DNA of 63,901 nt, filler included, from Bonamia ostreae (GCA_040357525.1; 45 parts of 45 records of this genome joined end to end with filler, not necessarily neighbours in it); one strand, 5' to 3'. Positions 49,576-63,300 are shown, counted from the whole stretch's first letter. Translations and numbers: made by a program. Notes: generated from the letters alone by a model not told the origin.

Positions 49576-52320
49576 AAACAATACCATCAATTTTGTAAAG
49601 ACAAACGAATTCAATACTGTCTACCTTACCAGCAAGCGAATGTCTATCACAAATTTTCAAGATACTCAGGAGCTAACTTCGCTAGTAGCATAAAGTACAA
49701 TGTACATCTAAGACGCGGAAATCGTGTTCCTGCGTNNNNNNNNNNNNNNNNNNNNNNNNNNNNNNNNNNNNNNNNNNNNTTAATTAATTAANNNNNNNNN
49801 NNNNNNNNNNNNNNNNNNNNNNNNNNNNNNNNNNNGCCGTAAATCGAAGGTTTTTATACGGATGGATCTATAGCTCTCTGATCTGTCTTAGAGCTACAGT
49901 TCGCCAGCTAACATAGGTATTGCTTTCTTGAACTCAATATGAATGCCTTCTTCTGATCACGGTTGTCTTAAGATTCAATTATAATTGTTTAAGAGTACTA
50001 TTTAGTATTGACTCAATATTATATCATGACACTTCGTATTCTACAGCAAAAGAAATTGTGCTTGCCATCCACAGTGCCAAAAAATTACGTCATATCCTAT
50101 AGAACTTCTAAATTTTCTGCAGTAAATTTATTGTGACGGATTGGTCATTAATTATAACAAACACGTTATAAAGTTTCTTCTTTTATTATAAATAAGAATT
50201 GTACAGTATGTATATCAAATGCCATTTTCGAACCACACAACGTTTCAACGTCAAAGAATATCAGAAGTGGTCATTTTGCATAAACTCCGCCCACGTTCTA
50301 ACATAATTAACCAATATTAAGGTAATAAGAGAAGTGCGGTGTCAATCAAAATCAAAATCAGGATAGAGCTCTTCACACGGGACATTAATCTTAGAAGTTC
50401 ACATAAACTATGGGACGATGGACACCAAACGTAATTGATAAAGTGGGAAAAGGGGAAACATTCAGTGTAAGTTATATGACTATTCTGCAGGGTGAAAGAA
50501 GCCCAACAGTACAAATACAAACTTCTATCGACTGCTAATTTAATGTGTGATGATGGTCGTCAATGCGACCAGATTTAACGAAGACAAATGAAAAATATGT
50601 ACATTGATTTGGATAAATTTCATCTACTAAGATAAATTGTAACATGTAACTAAGTTTATTTAAGCAACGGGGGTATGTGTCGGATTTATCTCCATAGCTC
50701 TGGATTTGATGTGACTTCACTTTTTGATGTGTGTGTGACTGATACTGGTAGTGAGCAACCTTTTCAGTTACAATTGAATAGGTCGGAAATCAGTACCGTG
50801 ATTTTCTATCATAACACATATATTTGTGAATGTGTTGAAGGTTCTACCCTTGATAGAAATATTCTCGATTTTTCTTGCACTGCTACTCACCTACTTCTAT
50901 TAGTAGTTAGGATGATACATTATATGAAGACAGGTAGTCAAGGTTTTTTATTTTGTCAAGATAACGGATTTTACCTTAGAAATGGAGGTCTGATTTCACG
51001 ATAGACGTTGGCACAATGAATTTCATTGAGGTCCATTATAACAAGGACTCCCAAGTGCGATGGTCTGCTCTAAACCTCGATGGTTTGACATGCCAAAATG
51101 TGATGGCCCACACCCATGCGCCAAAGTGCAATGGTATGAAACGAATATGTCANNNNNNNNNNNNNNNNNNNNNNNNNNNNNNNNNNNNNNNNNNNNTTAA
51201 TTAATTAANNNNNNNNNNNNNNNNNNNNNNNNNNNNNNNNNNNNNNNNNNNNCTTAATACAATAGAATATCATCTAACATGTGAAGAATCCCTTCATCTG
51301 TCTCAATGAAGAGTAATGAAGAGCAGAATACAGAAAAAATGTGTTTTGATATCAAAACATGATTTCTAAATGGTTTTATATACTGTATGTTATTTGACTC
51401 TTATGTCAATCAGTTTTCTTTTGCACTTTGGAAAAAAAGGAATATGGCTACAAATATCAGGTGCACGTGGCGTGAATTGACGAAAATGTCTATTGGTGTT
51501 AATAAATTTCGTTGATGCAAAAATTTTCGACTCCACAATTACTCTTCAACAGTGGAATCATCAGTGGACCTACCTTGTGTCACATGATTCTAGGAAAGTG
51601 ATCTTTCAGACTATCCCGTTACGAAATGATATGGAAATATTCTTAGACTATTTTCCAATTGCGGGCTTTATGTAGTGTAGTATGGAACCACAGTTATGTA
51701 TATAAAGCTTATTGATTGTGAAAGAGCATAATAACTCGATAACAATGCGAATCGAAATAGTGCTCTGTTAACTTCGAAATCAAATTTTTCTTTTGAAAGT
51801 AGTATTTCTGCTCGTTGTTTTCCCTGTCCTTTTAGGACAATGGGTAGTTCTAATATGCAAATATCATACATTGAAGCATTCAAACTGTCTCTGATGAAAT
51901 TTTACGTTGAATAAAGTTTAGTGTACACATGCATGAAATAGTAAAACAGAGTTGGTTAATGTGTGAACAACAGTCGCCTTTTAAAATATAATTATGTTAC
52001 GTGCAAGGAAGAGGGTTATATGTATCAATTTGGAGGCGAAAGTTTTGAAGTATAGAAATTTCAAAACTTCCTATGACAATTCGAAGATAAACGTTGGTAA
52101 ATATTATTCGTGAGAAACAATCTTTCTTTTTTATTTTAGAGGACACAAACTCAATCTGAAATTGCTATAATGATCTAAGCAGATATTTTAGCATTTTGAC
52201 ATTTTTTGCCATATACATGTATAAGTAAAGATAGTAAAGACGTTCTTTTGCATATTATGAAGTGTACAGTAATGTTCGTATTTTTCATTTTTTATATGCA
52301 TGCATATGGTACCTTTCCAG

Positions 52321-52569
52321 TCCTTCAACATTCCATTCCATGTTGTCCTAGATGTTCAAGACGGAAAGGTAATGATTGTCGCATTTATTACCACCAAGTT
52401 AAATTAATGTGCTGTTTTTATATCTTATACTTTAAGATGTAAACATTGAGCAATTTCATACCCACGCTTGAAATCTAAGAACATGTCATGTTTTAGATGA
52501 TGCTCCGGAGAATGCACAACTTTTAGAGGACATCAATATTTTACTGGTGGGAAAGACTGGGAGTGGAAA
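52321..52569 (+). CDS. Host GIMAP/AIG1-like GTPase, exons 52321-52368 and 52497-52569 (truncated)
   Basis: DINILLVGKTGSGK is the AIG1-type P-loop; phase-compatible canonical splice sites. Confidence 0.65.
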
Positions 52570-53220
52570 NNNNNNNNNNNNNNNNNNNNNNNNNNNNNNN
52601 NNNNNNNNNNNNNTTAATTAATTAANNNNNNNNNNNNNNNNNNNNNNNNNNNNNNNNNNNNNNNNNNNNATTGTCATGATCAAGATCATCAATCTGAACG
52701 TGCCTGTATTTGTTCTTCATTTTGACGAGATAATACTTAAACGTATACATGTAGCTCTCTTCTGAATAAAGGGAAGATATTTACAGCATAGGTATATAAT
52801 ATTAATATCTATAAATTAGTGTAATAGACATACCAAGGCACACGCGCATGCATCAATTTTACAAGGTTAAATTCTCAAAAGGGCCATGGCGTTTTTTCTT
52901 TTTCATCATAATCTTTTTGAAGTTAATATTGCATATGTATCTTGGTATTCCTTACAATCAATTGTGGTCAAAATTACCGGGATGCACTCGTAGTAAATTT
53001 TGATTCGACGATCTAAAATCACAATGACTTTCTTATATATGATGCAAACAATGAACTTATGATGTCCGTTGAATGACATCAGCTAAATGCATAGCGATAC
53101 TATATAATAATAACATATGCATTATGTTGACTTTAAACGTGACTATTGAAACATTGGTAACATCAACTTNNNNNNNNNNAGATGAAAAGTGGTTTTTTTC
53201 TTCTTCTCTCTTTTGTAAAG

Positions 53221-53378
53221 ACGGATGTTACTGCTCATCTAGGAGGTGTTGCCTATGGTGAATTTGGAATTGACATACTGATTGCGTTTGGTGGTATACG
53301 TATAGAAGGACGTGTTCTACAAATCTCACTCTCAATATCCGCCTCAGTCCTGTGGAATAAACCCCCTGTCACTTTAGA
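53221..53378 (+). CDS. Host exon of an uncharacterised beta-rich protein
   Basis: Polypyrimidine tract plus AAG acceptor and GTAAGT donor; open frame TDVTAHLGGVAYGEFGIDILIAFGGIRIEGRVLQ. Confidence 0.5.
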
Positions 53379-55503
53379 GTAAGTATTAGAAATAAATTTT
53401 TGCAGTTTTATACCCCATTTGAAAGAGAAGAACATGTCTCTTTCCATCTGTCTGTCTATTGTTAAGTATACAGAGTGTCCGTTAATTTCTTGAGTACACT
53501 TTTCTTGAAAAACAATAACCTTAATACATTGGTATTCCCAAATGAGATGACCCATACTAATTTTAAAATCGCAGGGTCATCGTTTCGAGGTCAGACTACC
53601 TCGGACATCAGAAAATATTGTCCACCCAATATCTTGAGAACTCGCTGCTTTATAGACATCAAACTTTATACCCTTGTACCTCATAAGAAGTAGATTACTC
53701 CTACTGATTGCAAGGTCACAATGTCATAAGTCAAACGACTCAAGGGTAATCAAGGGTCAAGGAAAAAAGACTGCTCAGTATCCTTTTAACGCTGAAGTGA
53801 GATATTTTAATCAAAATTGGTAATTTGCCTGGCGTCGTAAACTCTAGAAGTCTTTGCCATCAAGTCATGGAACTTCATTGCTATCCTTGAATAGGAGACT
53901 ATTGATTTTCACTATCATAATAGACATTTTCAATTCAAAATCTACCCTTTTCAATTTGCCACATGTGGATGGAGATATAAGTTTCCNNNNNNNNNNNNNN
54001 NNNNNNNNNNNNNNNNNNNNNNNNNNNNNNTTAATTAATTAANNNNNNNNNNNNNNNNNNNNNNNNNNNNNNNNNNNNNNNNNNNNGATTTAAAATACGG
54101 GTAGGAGTTAAAACTGTTTACCACTGAGTTGCACTGATTACCACCATAAATCAACTCGTTCTCTTAGAGATAAAGTTAGTATTTCGCACATGGGGTTCAG
54201 CCCACTGGACGAAATGGACATGTCGCTCCATAAAAATATATTTTGATTAGCAATTAACCCACAAAACAATCCCCATATTGTCTTGCTGAATAATATCTTG
54301 ATATTGGTAATTATATCTATGACATTCTAAATGAAATGATTAGAGTCTTATAGTAGTTGGAAAATCTTTAATAAAATTTATGACCATAGCTAAAATATGT
54401 AAATTACCTTCATCGTCCATGTTTACGGGTCCATCTTCATGATCTGGTTTAGCTCCCTTGGGCAGTATCCAATGTAAGAACCTTCTAGCCCTAGGCCAGT
54501 TCTCTTTAGAATGCCAAATAGAAAACATTTTAAGTTACCATATTATACAAACTAAGAATAGCCGTACGCTCCCAACCACCGTAAAAACTATACTATTTTG
54601 TTGCACATGTCTTCAGAATTCACTTTTGTGTATTAGTTTCCTCATGTGTACCACATGTTGCCATGCATTGTCATCATGTCACATTAGTAACGTATAGTTT
54701 ATAAACTGAATCAACAACAAAATAAACACAAAACAGAATTCATTAAGTTTCCATACTTTCAAAATTACCATCTAATATGAAATGTGTTGCTGATTTTAAC
54801 GCATCAAATTATCTACCGATTCTTATAACTGTCATTTACACTTTTCATTACAGATAATGTGTTTTTTGTAAAACAGTGTCCTTTCATGTGTACATATATG
54901 TAATTTTGCTTTATAATTTTCATTTCGACAAGTCATTTTCAGTTTTGTTTGAAGTATATGTCCTTAAGACATGGTGGATTAATATCTAAACCACCGTGAT
55001 AGCAAATATGCGATACACATTAATCAAATGACACAGATATAATAAATTATGTATTCTCCAAAAAAAAAAGAAGAAAGAAATACACCTTATCCCTATGATC
55101 CGCTGCATAAAATTCCTGTTCTAATAATTTCTTTTGAATAGTGTATACCCTGATCAAATAATTTTCTTCACTATGAACTACACCTACACATGAATAAGTG
55201 GTCCATGTGATTCTCATATAAAAATGCAAAGACAACAAACAGTAATCAACCTCATGAATAACATATATAATGCAAAATTAAGAGCAAGAAAAACATGAAC
55301 TCCAAGACACATTGCAGGTGGGATCAGTAACCTAAGGGAGGACAGCATTTTTTCCCTCTTATATAACTAATATTGATAAACGGTACCATTCCCAAGGCCA
55401 AAANNNNNNNNNNNNNNNNNNNNNNNNNNNNNNNNNNNNNNNNNNNNTTAATTAATTAANNNNNNNNNNNNNNNNNNNNNNNNNNNNNNNNNNNNNNNNN
55501 NNN

Positions 55504-55720
55504 ATCCAATTTTAAATTCATTTTTCAAATTTAATAAAATTGCGATTATCCGTCCAATTTTTTATTCAACAAAATCCAATTTTAAATTTAATAAAATTGC
55601 GATTATTCGTCCAATTTTTTATTCAACAAAATCCAATTTTAAATTTAATAAAATTGCGATTTTTTGTACAATTTTTTATATAATTTTTTATTCAACAAAA
55701 TCCAATTTTAAATTCATTTT
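55504..55720. repeat. Intronic minisatellite, about 3.3 copies of a 57-70 nt unit (ATCCAATTTTAAATTTAATAAAATTGCGATT...TTATTCAACAAA)
   Basis: Directly visible tandem copies immediately upstream of the first SCYL exon. Confidence 0.9.
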
Positions 55721-55755
55721 TTTGCTCAATTTTTAAAAAAATTTTAATAAAAAAG

Positions 55756-56682
55756 AAAGTTTGGTTTTTGAAGAGTTCTCGGAAACAGAAATCAAAAACG
55801 GAATCAGACAAATTTGCGAAGGAGCAATGTACTGTCATGATAACCAAATTTCTCATTCAAATATAAATCCTTCCTCGATATTCATATCTCCTTCCAGAGA
55901 TTGGAAATTAGTATTTTAACCTCTAAATAATAAAATTTTTGCAAATATAAAAATAAAATTTAGCCAAAAAAGTGCTAAAATGTTAAAATATTTTCCCCAA
56001 AAAAATTACAAAAAAGGCCGGTTTTGAGTTTTCCAGATCAATAGAAAGCGGAAGAGCAGCTGTTGGCTGGGACTACGAAACATTTTCGACGGTTACTTCT
56101 CCGCTGATGCCGCCAATAAATTTCGCTGCGCCCGAAATCGTCCAACATAAAGAAATTCGATCAAAAAGTGACGCTTTCTCAATCGGAATTTTAGCCATTT
56201 GTCTTTACAACTTTGAAAACTTTTCAGAATTTAAAGACGAAATCTCTTCTTTTTCGGATTACGCCGCGTTTTTGGATTTATTGGAAAACAACAGTTATTT
56301 TGACGGGAAAATCGATTTCCAGAAAAACAAAAAATCGATTTTGATAAATCTTTTAAAAGTCGATAGCGAGAAAAGATTTTCCATCCAAGATTTTCTCGAC
56401 AGTGATTTCTTTTTAGAGAAAGAACTGATTGTTTTGAGAGACTGTGAGCACTTTTCCACATTTAATGAAACGAGGAAAACAAATTTATTGGAAAATGTCA
56501 GTCAGAATCTTAGTTTATTCAACGAGAAAATTATAGTTCTCAAGATTGTGCCTGTCTTAACAAGTTTTTACAATTTATTCTGAAGGTGCTTTGGAGGAAA
56601 GGGAGTTATGTTTGACATCTCTTAAATCGATATTTTGGATTATTGAACATTTGAGCGAAAAAAGAAATTTTAAAGAAAAAAT
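55756..56682 (+). CDS. SCY1-like pseudokinase (SCYL2/Scy1 type), internal fragment (protist); introns 55911-56016 and 56564-56585
   Basis: EIKNGIRQICEGAMYCHDNQISHSNINPSSIFISPSRDWKL|AGFEF, PPINFAAPEI and SDAFSIG: kinase fold lacking HRD and DFG, as in SCYL proteins, followed by HEAT-like helices. Confidence 0.85.
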
Positions 56683-58019
56683 GTTTTACAAATATTGATT
56701 TTAATAAAAAATTTGATTTTCAAATTTGTTTATTTTTTGAACTTAAAAATATGGTTTATTATTAAAATATGAGACGATTTAGCAAATTTTAATGACTTAA
56801 AAAGCTTAAAGCCGGTTACCNNNNNNNNNNNNNNNNNNNNNNNNNNNNNNNNNNNNNNNNNNNNTTAATTAATTAANNNNNNNNNNNNNNNNNNNNNNNN
56901 NNNNNNNNNNNNNNNNNNNNTGATGCAGCTACCGTAGCCCATTTGTCGAATATAACACAAAAGTGGGAGTTTTAGTGGTTGTACACTTATTATTGCATCC
57001 ATCTTGGTGGACATTCGTCTTTAATAATTACATTTAAATTACAAACATTATACGCTGAATCAAACCTTTCTTAAAAACGAATATTGAATATAGAAAGAAG
57101 CAATACTCACTGCCATGTATTGTGCTACCCTCTATAGGCATGCTTTCAGGTTTCGAGCTCTTATTGACATATCGTTTACTACCATATTCATCACGGAGGA
57201 GTTCATTTCTACCTGTAATGGAATATAATTGTGTTTTAAAACAGAGACTCTGGCGTTTATAATAAATGTCAACTTTATAGATGTTTCTCTTTTTTCTTAT
57301 TAGTTAATTACTTTAACTTATAGTGACAGTGTGTGAATATTCGTTAATACCTATCGTTTTGTAGTTCCTCCCTGAGTCAGAAACTTTATAAATAAATATT
57401 TCATGTACATCAGAAAAATGAACATGAAATATAACCTGAGTACATGACGTCATTAAATGGTATAAAAGCTACCCTTCGATTAGCCTCCATCATTTAAGAA
57501 ATAATTTTACTTTAATTTCTGTAGAACAAGTCTTACATTTATATTTTAGCATTTGATAAACTGCTCATCGAACTGTGTTTACATGTATAAGTATTTTGGA
57601 AAATACAGTAAATTGGGAAGAAATCCTAGTTCTTTTGTATGCATCCAAGTAATTAGTTAATGTTGGAGAGTCTAGATACACCTTGTTGCTACGCACCTTT
57701 AACACTTCATACAATATACATGCAATATCGCAAATAATAAACAAGCAGTATAACTGAATTTATAAATTCCCAACTGTTATGTAATGCATTCAATGGATGA
57801 ACAACCAAACATTCATCGAAATAAATTGCTATCACGGAGTTACAATAATCAAAACACAAATACATCATATTCGGAACAAACAAACCTATAAATCACATGT
57901 ATTTTATTTTATTCCTACAAAAATGTGCAATTGATGGTTTCTTTTTTGTTAGTGGCGTCCAAAGCAAAACATTTCGATGGATGTACAGCTTTATCAAGAG
58001 AAGTATTTCACACATTTCC

Positions 58020-58237
58020 CCCTTTGTAGACGTATTAGGCTTTGTACCTTCCACCCTTTGTCTAGTTTGTCTATATATGTTCCTTTTTCTCAAACGGACA
58101 AACCAGAAGAGAAAGATTGCGAGAACAAGAAGAAGGACTCCAGCAAAACTGGCTGCAAGTATTGCCGTTGGAAAATTGTCATCAGGCTGTATGGTTGTAT
58201 TGATGGTATAAATCAAGGTTCTCTCTGTAATATTCGA
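58020..58237 (-). CDS. Host exon with a single transmembrane helix (type I receptor-like); further small exons downstream, e.g. about 57109-57210
   Basis: TAILAASFAGVLLLVLAIFLFWFV followed by the stop-transfer RLRKR, preceded by a Thr-rich stalk. The exon's donor position is uncertain. Confidence 0.6.
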
Positions 58238-60133
58238 NNNNNNNNNNNNNNNNNNNNNNNNNNNNNNNNNNNNNNNNNNNNTTAATTAATTAANNNNNNN
58301 NNNNNNNNNNNNNNNNNNNNNNNNNNNNNNNNNNNNNCATATCAACATATTCATAAAAGTACCATATCATCCCCTAAAAATCATCAATATATGATATAGA
58401 ATAGAAACGTACTATGTTGTCAGATTATCATTACAGACAAAATGATATCACCGGATCCTGTTGTATATTAGAGTATTGCTACGTTGATAAATCAGTGTTA
58501 AAATGTGAACCGATTCATACATCTTAAATCATATTCCCGAACTATCAGCATGAGAATCATTTCTTACAAAATATATGCCTCGGTCACATTTTGTTGCACC
58601 GCATGTAGTCACAGGCTGCTTCTTTGGGTCTACCTTTACCTCATTCGATGCTATTTATCATTTATTTATCAAATACCGAATAAGGGTCCACAACGTCTTA
58701 GAAAGCGGATTTTAAATTCCCATTTGATAAAATGTACGCATAAATTTTACCACCGGTGTGTGAAGGAGATCATTGTTATTTGAAGGTTATTTCGTTGTCA
58801 AGTTTTGTTTATTGTGACTAATACACAGAAACCCACGAACATAATAGTGTATCATTAAATGGATTGCAGATTTTATCACTCTTTGTATTTCGATGTGTAT
58901 AGTTATCTATTTGTTACAGGGGATATTTAAACTTATACGTCGTTCCCCACGACCCTACTCATTAAAGTTTTACACATGAGTAAAGAATTTTACTATCATG
59001 TCTATGATCCGACAACGTAGGGATCATTGCTGCGTAAAGGTTTTATAAAAGTTCCAAATCGGGGCCCATTCCTTTGTTGTATTGTGTGCAATTCATTTCT
59101 AAAAATTTGGAACGAGATGCAGAAAACACCGATTAAGTATCCGAAACGGTGCTTTCTGATTTCTCGCAATATAGTCCATACACATGCATCACTGTAATTC
59201 CCCTACGTCACTGTAAACCCCCAGACAGAGGTCTTTTGTATTGGGTTTTCAATTCCCCCGTTGTTTGCCATCCACCTATTAATGTCCTTAAATGTCCCCG
59301 CCACCTCTTGCATTGTATGGGGGTTCAAAGGTACGTCAGGATCATGCACATGTATAATTTCTCTTTTTAATGTCATAGAGATTTATCCATTATTATATCA
59401 TTGGGTTATAATTCTTTCATTGTCCTCCCCATCGTTTTTTAAAAAAAATATCCCATTGTATAATACCCCTATGCCTCGGCTATACTACTCCCAAAATGTA
59501 CTACTCCAAAGGAATACTTTATTTGAAACTCAATTTATGCTTGACCTTTAAGTTTTTTTCTCGTATTTTCTATTCATAGAGATTTGATATTTACAAATCA
59601 ACGAAGACATATGAGAGCCTTTCAGCATCAACTTGTTTGTCATTAGCATGTCTNNNNNNNNNNNNNNNNNNNNNNNNNNNNNNNNNNNNNNNNNNNNTTA
59701 ATTAATTAANNNNNNNNNNNNNNNNNNNNNNNNNNNNNNNNNNNNNNNNNNNNTCGTGAATGTATAGGGAATATAGGGAATAGCCATTATGGTGATAATT
59801 CTAAACCAGGCTTTGTTTGCTAAGAGAGTACAATTTAAAGGACTTCACATGACACGCTTTCCCTGAAAATAACATTGCAACCAAGGCATGCATTACTGAT
59901 ATATGGAATAAAACGTAAACAATTATAGCTAAAGGTAGACAACAGTGTGATAGCAATAAACTCTTTAGCTTATATGAGAGAACACAGAAACAGTAGCAAT
60001 TAAAACTAAATGTTTTAGATATTATTATTTTTTATCTTAAAGAAAACCGGCAATAATTAAAACCGAGAAGGAGTTCAGAATGCGTTTGACTACCTTTTAG
60101 TCTCTGGTCAACATGGAAAAATTAAGAAATTAC

Positions 60134-60565
60134 CTTCACACCTGCAAAGAAATTATCACTTTTTACTGACATTGGGCCCGGGAATCCTCTTGGATGGTAC
60201 TTGAGCCTGACTGAACAGGAAATCTATAGATAAAAGTTTTGGGTAGAATAGAAGTGATGTCTTTGAATGCAAATATGAAACACGAAAGTAAACGATATTT
60301 TGATGTACCCTGATTCCCATTTTCAATATCCCATTATTTTCATTCAGATAGGTTTTATCAAATTCCTCCTTCTCAACTGCATCTGATACAAAAGCGTTGA
60401 CATCATCGATGTACCAGTATATTTGATAATGAAGTGTATGGTTTCCATTAGATAGAAATGGAAATACACATTGGAAGTTATTGAGTTGGTATCGAAAGAA
60501 ACCAGTTGCTGTGGTGAATATGTGTTCGACAGTCGGCTTTGATGTGTTCTGAGTGGGCGGAGTAT
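60134..60565 (-). CDS. Host VWDE-like protein exons (60309-60565, 60134-60223)
   Basis: FQCVFP...YQIYWYID...LKMGIR|ISCSVRL...PGPMSVKSDNFFAGVK matches the VWDE N-terminal domain ending S..FFAGiK; canonical splice sites. Confidence 0.7.
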
Positions 60566-61169
60566 CTATCAAAATTAAAAGAAAAAATATAATGCCTAAG
60601 CAAATATGAAATAAATTAGTCTTGGGTTTAAATTTCTGTTATCTTTTCTTATGGTGGGTGTTTGAATGCAAACACTAATTTCAACAAGGACGAAAAACTG
60701 AACTACAATAAAGAATAACAAATGTTTAAGCATAAAACCAAAACATCGTGAAAAATCTTAATTGTTTTAAAACACAGACATCAGACAACTGGCGAATACT
60801 TACCGCAACAGAATCTGAACATATGATATGCAGTGATAAGCTCGCATACAATTTATTTCAAATTAATTTCAATATTTGCAATGTTTATATATTGTCTCCT
60901 ATAATACTGAACTGAAAAAGTTCTGTGAGCGTGAGTTTCTTTGATTGCTGATAAGTGCTGCTAGCACGGATAAAACTTAGTTCTGACAACCACTGGCCTT
61001 TTTACTATTTGTACTGATAATTCCTGTTAGTTTCGAGAAATGATTATTTCGTGTGGTTTGTACAGTGAGNNNNNNNNNNNNNNNNNNNNNNNNNNNNNNN
61101 NNNNNNNNNNNNNTTAATTAATTAANNNNNNNNNNNNNNNNNNNNNNNNNNNNNNNNNNNNNNNNNNNN

Positions 61170-62440
61170 CATATTTGGCTATCGTTTCCTCTGCCAAATC
61201 TAAGTTGACATTTAAAGGATTTCTTTCATCTTCATCTGCGGCAAAAATCTGCTCGTCCAAATCTAATGGCTCTTTCGCGTCAATAGGCGGAGCAATTCTA
61301 TCCACCAATCTAAACAGCACTGTCAAGAACACTAATGCATATGACCCAATCCCCCACATCCATCCTGTCGAATTTTGTATCTCCAACACGATAAATGGTA
61401 TTAAAGCAAAAAGGGTATTAACAGTCGAAGCAAACTCCAACATTGAGCCTGCTCCTCCTGAGATCAAAACTATTGAGACAATTATCGCTTCTGTTTCCAA
61501 TTCGATTTCGTTATAGAAAGTGAACACTATTGTAATGACCAGTAACAATAACTGGCATGCAACAGCTTCCCACAAAAGCATAATTTTAACAATGATGTCG
61601 AAAAAATTGCCCACTGAACTAGATCCTTGTTTGTTATTCAGTTTTGATAAGGTGTCTATCAGTTTTTTGAACTCTTTTTAATTTGTTGTTAGATTTTGAT
61701 TTTAATTTAAATTCTTTTATTTGCAAATTGATTAACGAAAATATTAATTTTTAACATTAATTTTTAAATTAATATTTTAAATTTTTTAAACAAAACGTGG
61801 ATTTGAATCTTCTAGACTAGATAACACTCCGCCGGCAATAGCTTTTATTAAGAACATAATTTCGTTCACACAAACACCCGCTTGTTCACTGTCTTGAGCT
61901 TTATATTCGTCTGAATTCGATTTGCTGCCGGTATCTTTCATAAGACTTGCCAATAAAACTCCCAAACTTGTTTTGATTTCATAAAAGGGGGAGGTGACGG
62001 CTTTATAGATCATAAAACCGAAGCAGGCCGCTAGCAATAAGTACATGTTGATCAAAGCTATCCTTCCAGGTTCTTTCCAATTGATCATGCTGGTGTCGAT
62101 ATCCGCCATGTCACAGTCAATTGTTTGGCCGCATATGTTGCAGGAGTGGTATCTTCGGAAACAATCTTCTTCCACTTTTATTTTTTAAAATTAAGCCAAC
62201 TTTGTTTCCCAATTAGAAATTTTGATTTAAAATTTTGATTTAAATTTTGATTTAAAATAAAATTTTCAAATTAAATTTTGATTTAAAATGTTAAATGCGG
62301 TTGTAATTAAAAACTGTCTGAATGTTGGCAAGGAAAAAATTTTCTCATGTTGTATTTGCAGACAGGTCTTCTATCGTTGACTTTCCATATACACGAAAAA
62401 ATGTTTTTAAATATCAAACAGATTATTTCTGACGGTTTCT
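61170..62440 (-). CDS. Protist orphan multi-pass membrane protein fragment; introns 62175-62314 and 61674-61796
   Basis: Three exons join in frame through GTT...AAG introns. A Cys-rich segment (CQH..CF..HSCNICG..DC) is followed by about five hydrophobic helices. Confidence 0.7.
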
Positions 62441-62585
62441 CTAATTATTTTGTCAGAATGAAAATTACTGTTATTTTTGAACACGNNNNNNNNNNNNNNN
62501 NNNNNNNNNNNNNNNNNNNNNNNNNNNNNTTAATTAATTAANNNNNNNNNNNNNNNNNNNNNNNNNNNNNNNNNNNNNNNNNNNN

Positions 62586-63178
62586 AAGCAAAAAACGCCG
62601 TCAATGATCTTGAAAATGGATTTTTCTAATCTGAACTCAATATCAACGACTCCAGTTGTCACTGTTCGGCTATGAAAAACGTCTTCCTTCGAAGGAACAT
62701 AACCCTCTTCGGCGATGAAATCGATTCGGTCCAAAAAGTATTCTGCACAATCCAAAAGCTGATACCGCCAACTATTTTCAAACGTGCACATAAATCCTTT
62801 ATCGGACCTCCAGAAGAGCTTCACCAGCTCAGCTGTCTCCTTAGAGAGTTGGCGCGTAGCAGGAGTCTCGAGAAGGGCGCGTTTCGCGTAATCCTTCGCG
62901 GGGTCGGTGCGCGTCCCTTCCACTTCGAGCTCGTAGAGACGATCAGACCATCGGAGGATGGTCTTGACGCATTCGAGTGTGTTCTCCACCACACACATCC
63001 GAAATTTTTTGCGCTCTTCGATGGGATAACCGTGTTGGAACCGGTTCACCATCTGCTTGATGAAGGTGCTCTTCCCGCTTTCACCCGGCCCCAGCAGAAG
63101 CAGTCGGTACACTGATCGTGGGTGTCTAAATTCTTCGTTTCGATCGCTCGAAGTAATGCTGCTGAACTCGCATCCCAT
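62586..63178 (-). CDS. Heterotrimeric G-protein alpha subunit, 5' part (protist)
   Basis: MGC lipidation start, LLLLGPGESGKSTFIKQM (G1), helical domain with YQLLDCAEYFLD and YVPSKEDV, switch I RTVTTGV, then FKIID before the contig end. Confidence 0.95.
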
Positions 63179-63300
63179 TTTGAATTTTTATCAGGTTTTA
63201 TTTAAGCTAAATAACGTGAACCTTAATTTAAGCTTTGAAAGTAAAAGTTGGGTTTGGATAAAGTTAGCAAAATATACCGAAACAGCGTGTTTAACGAAGA

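Noticed and set aside
1331-62585. Regularly spaced TTAATTAATTAA palindrome as a biological repeat or CRISPR-like array
   Set aside because: Always centred in exactly 88 Ns between length-sorted contigs; it is an assembly linker with stops in six frames.
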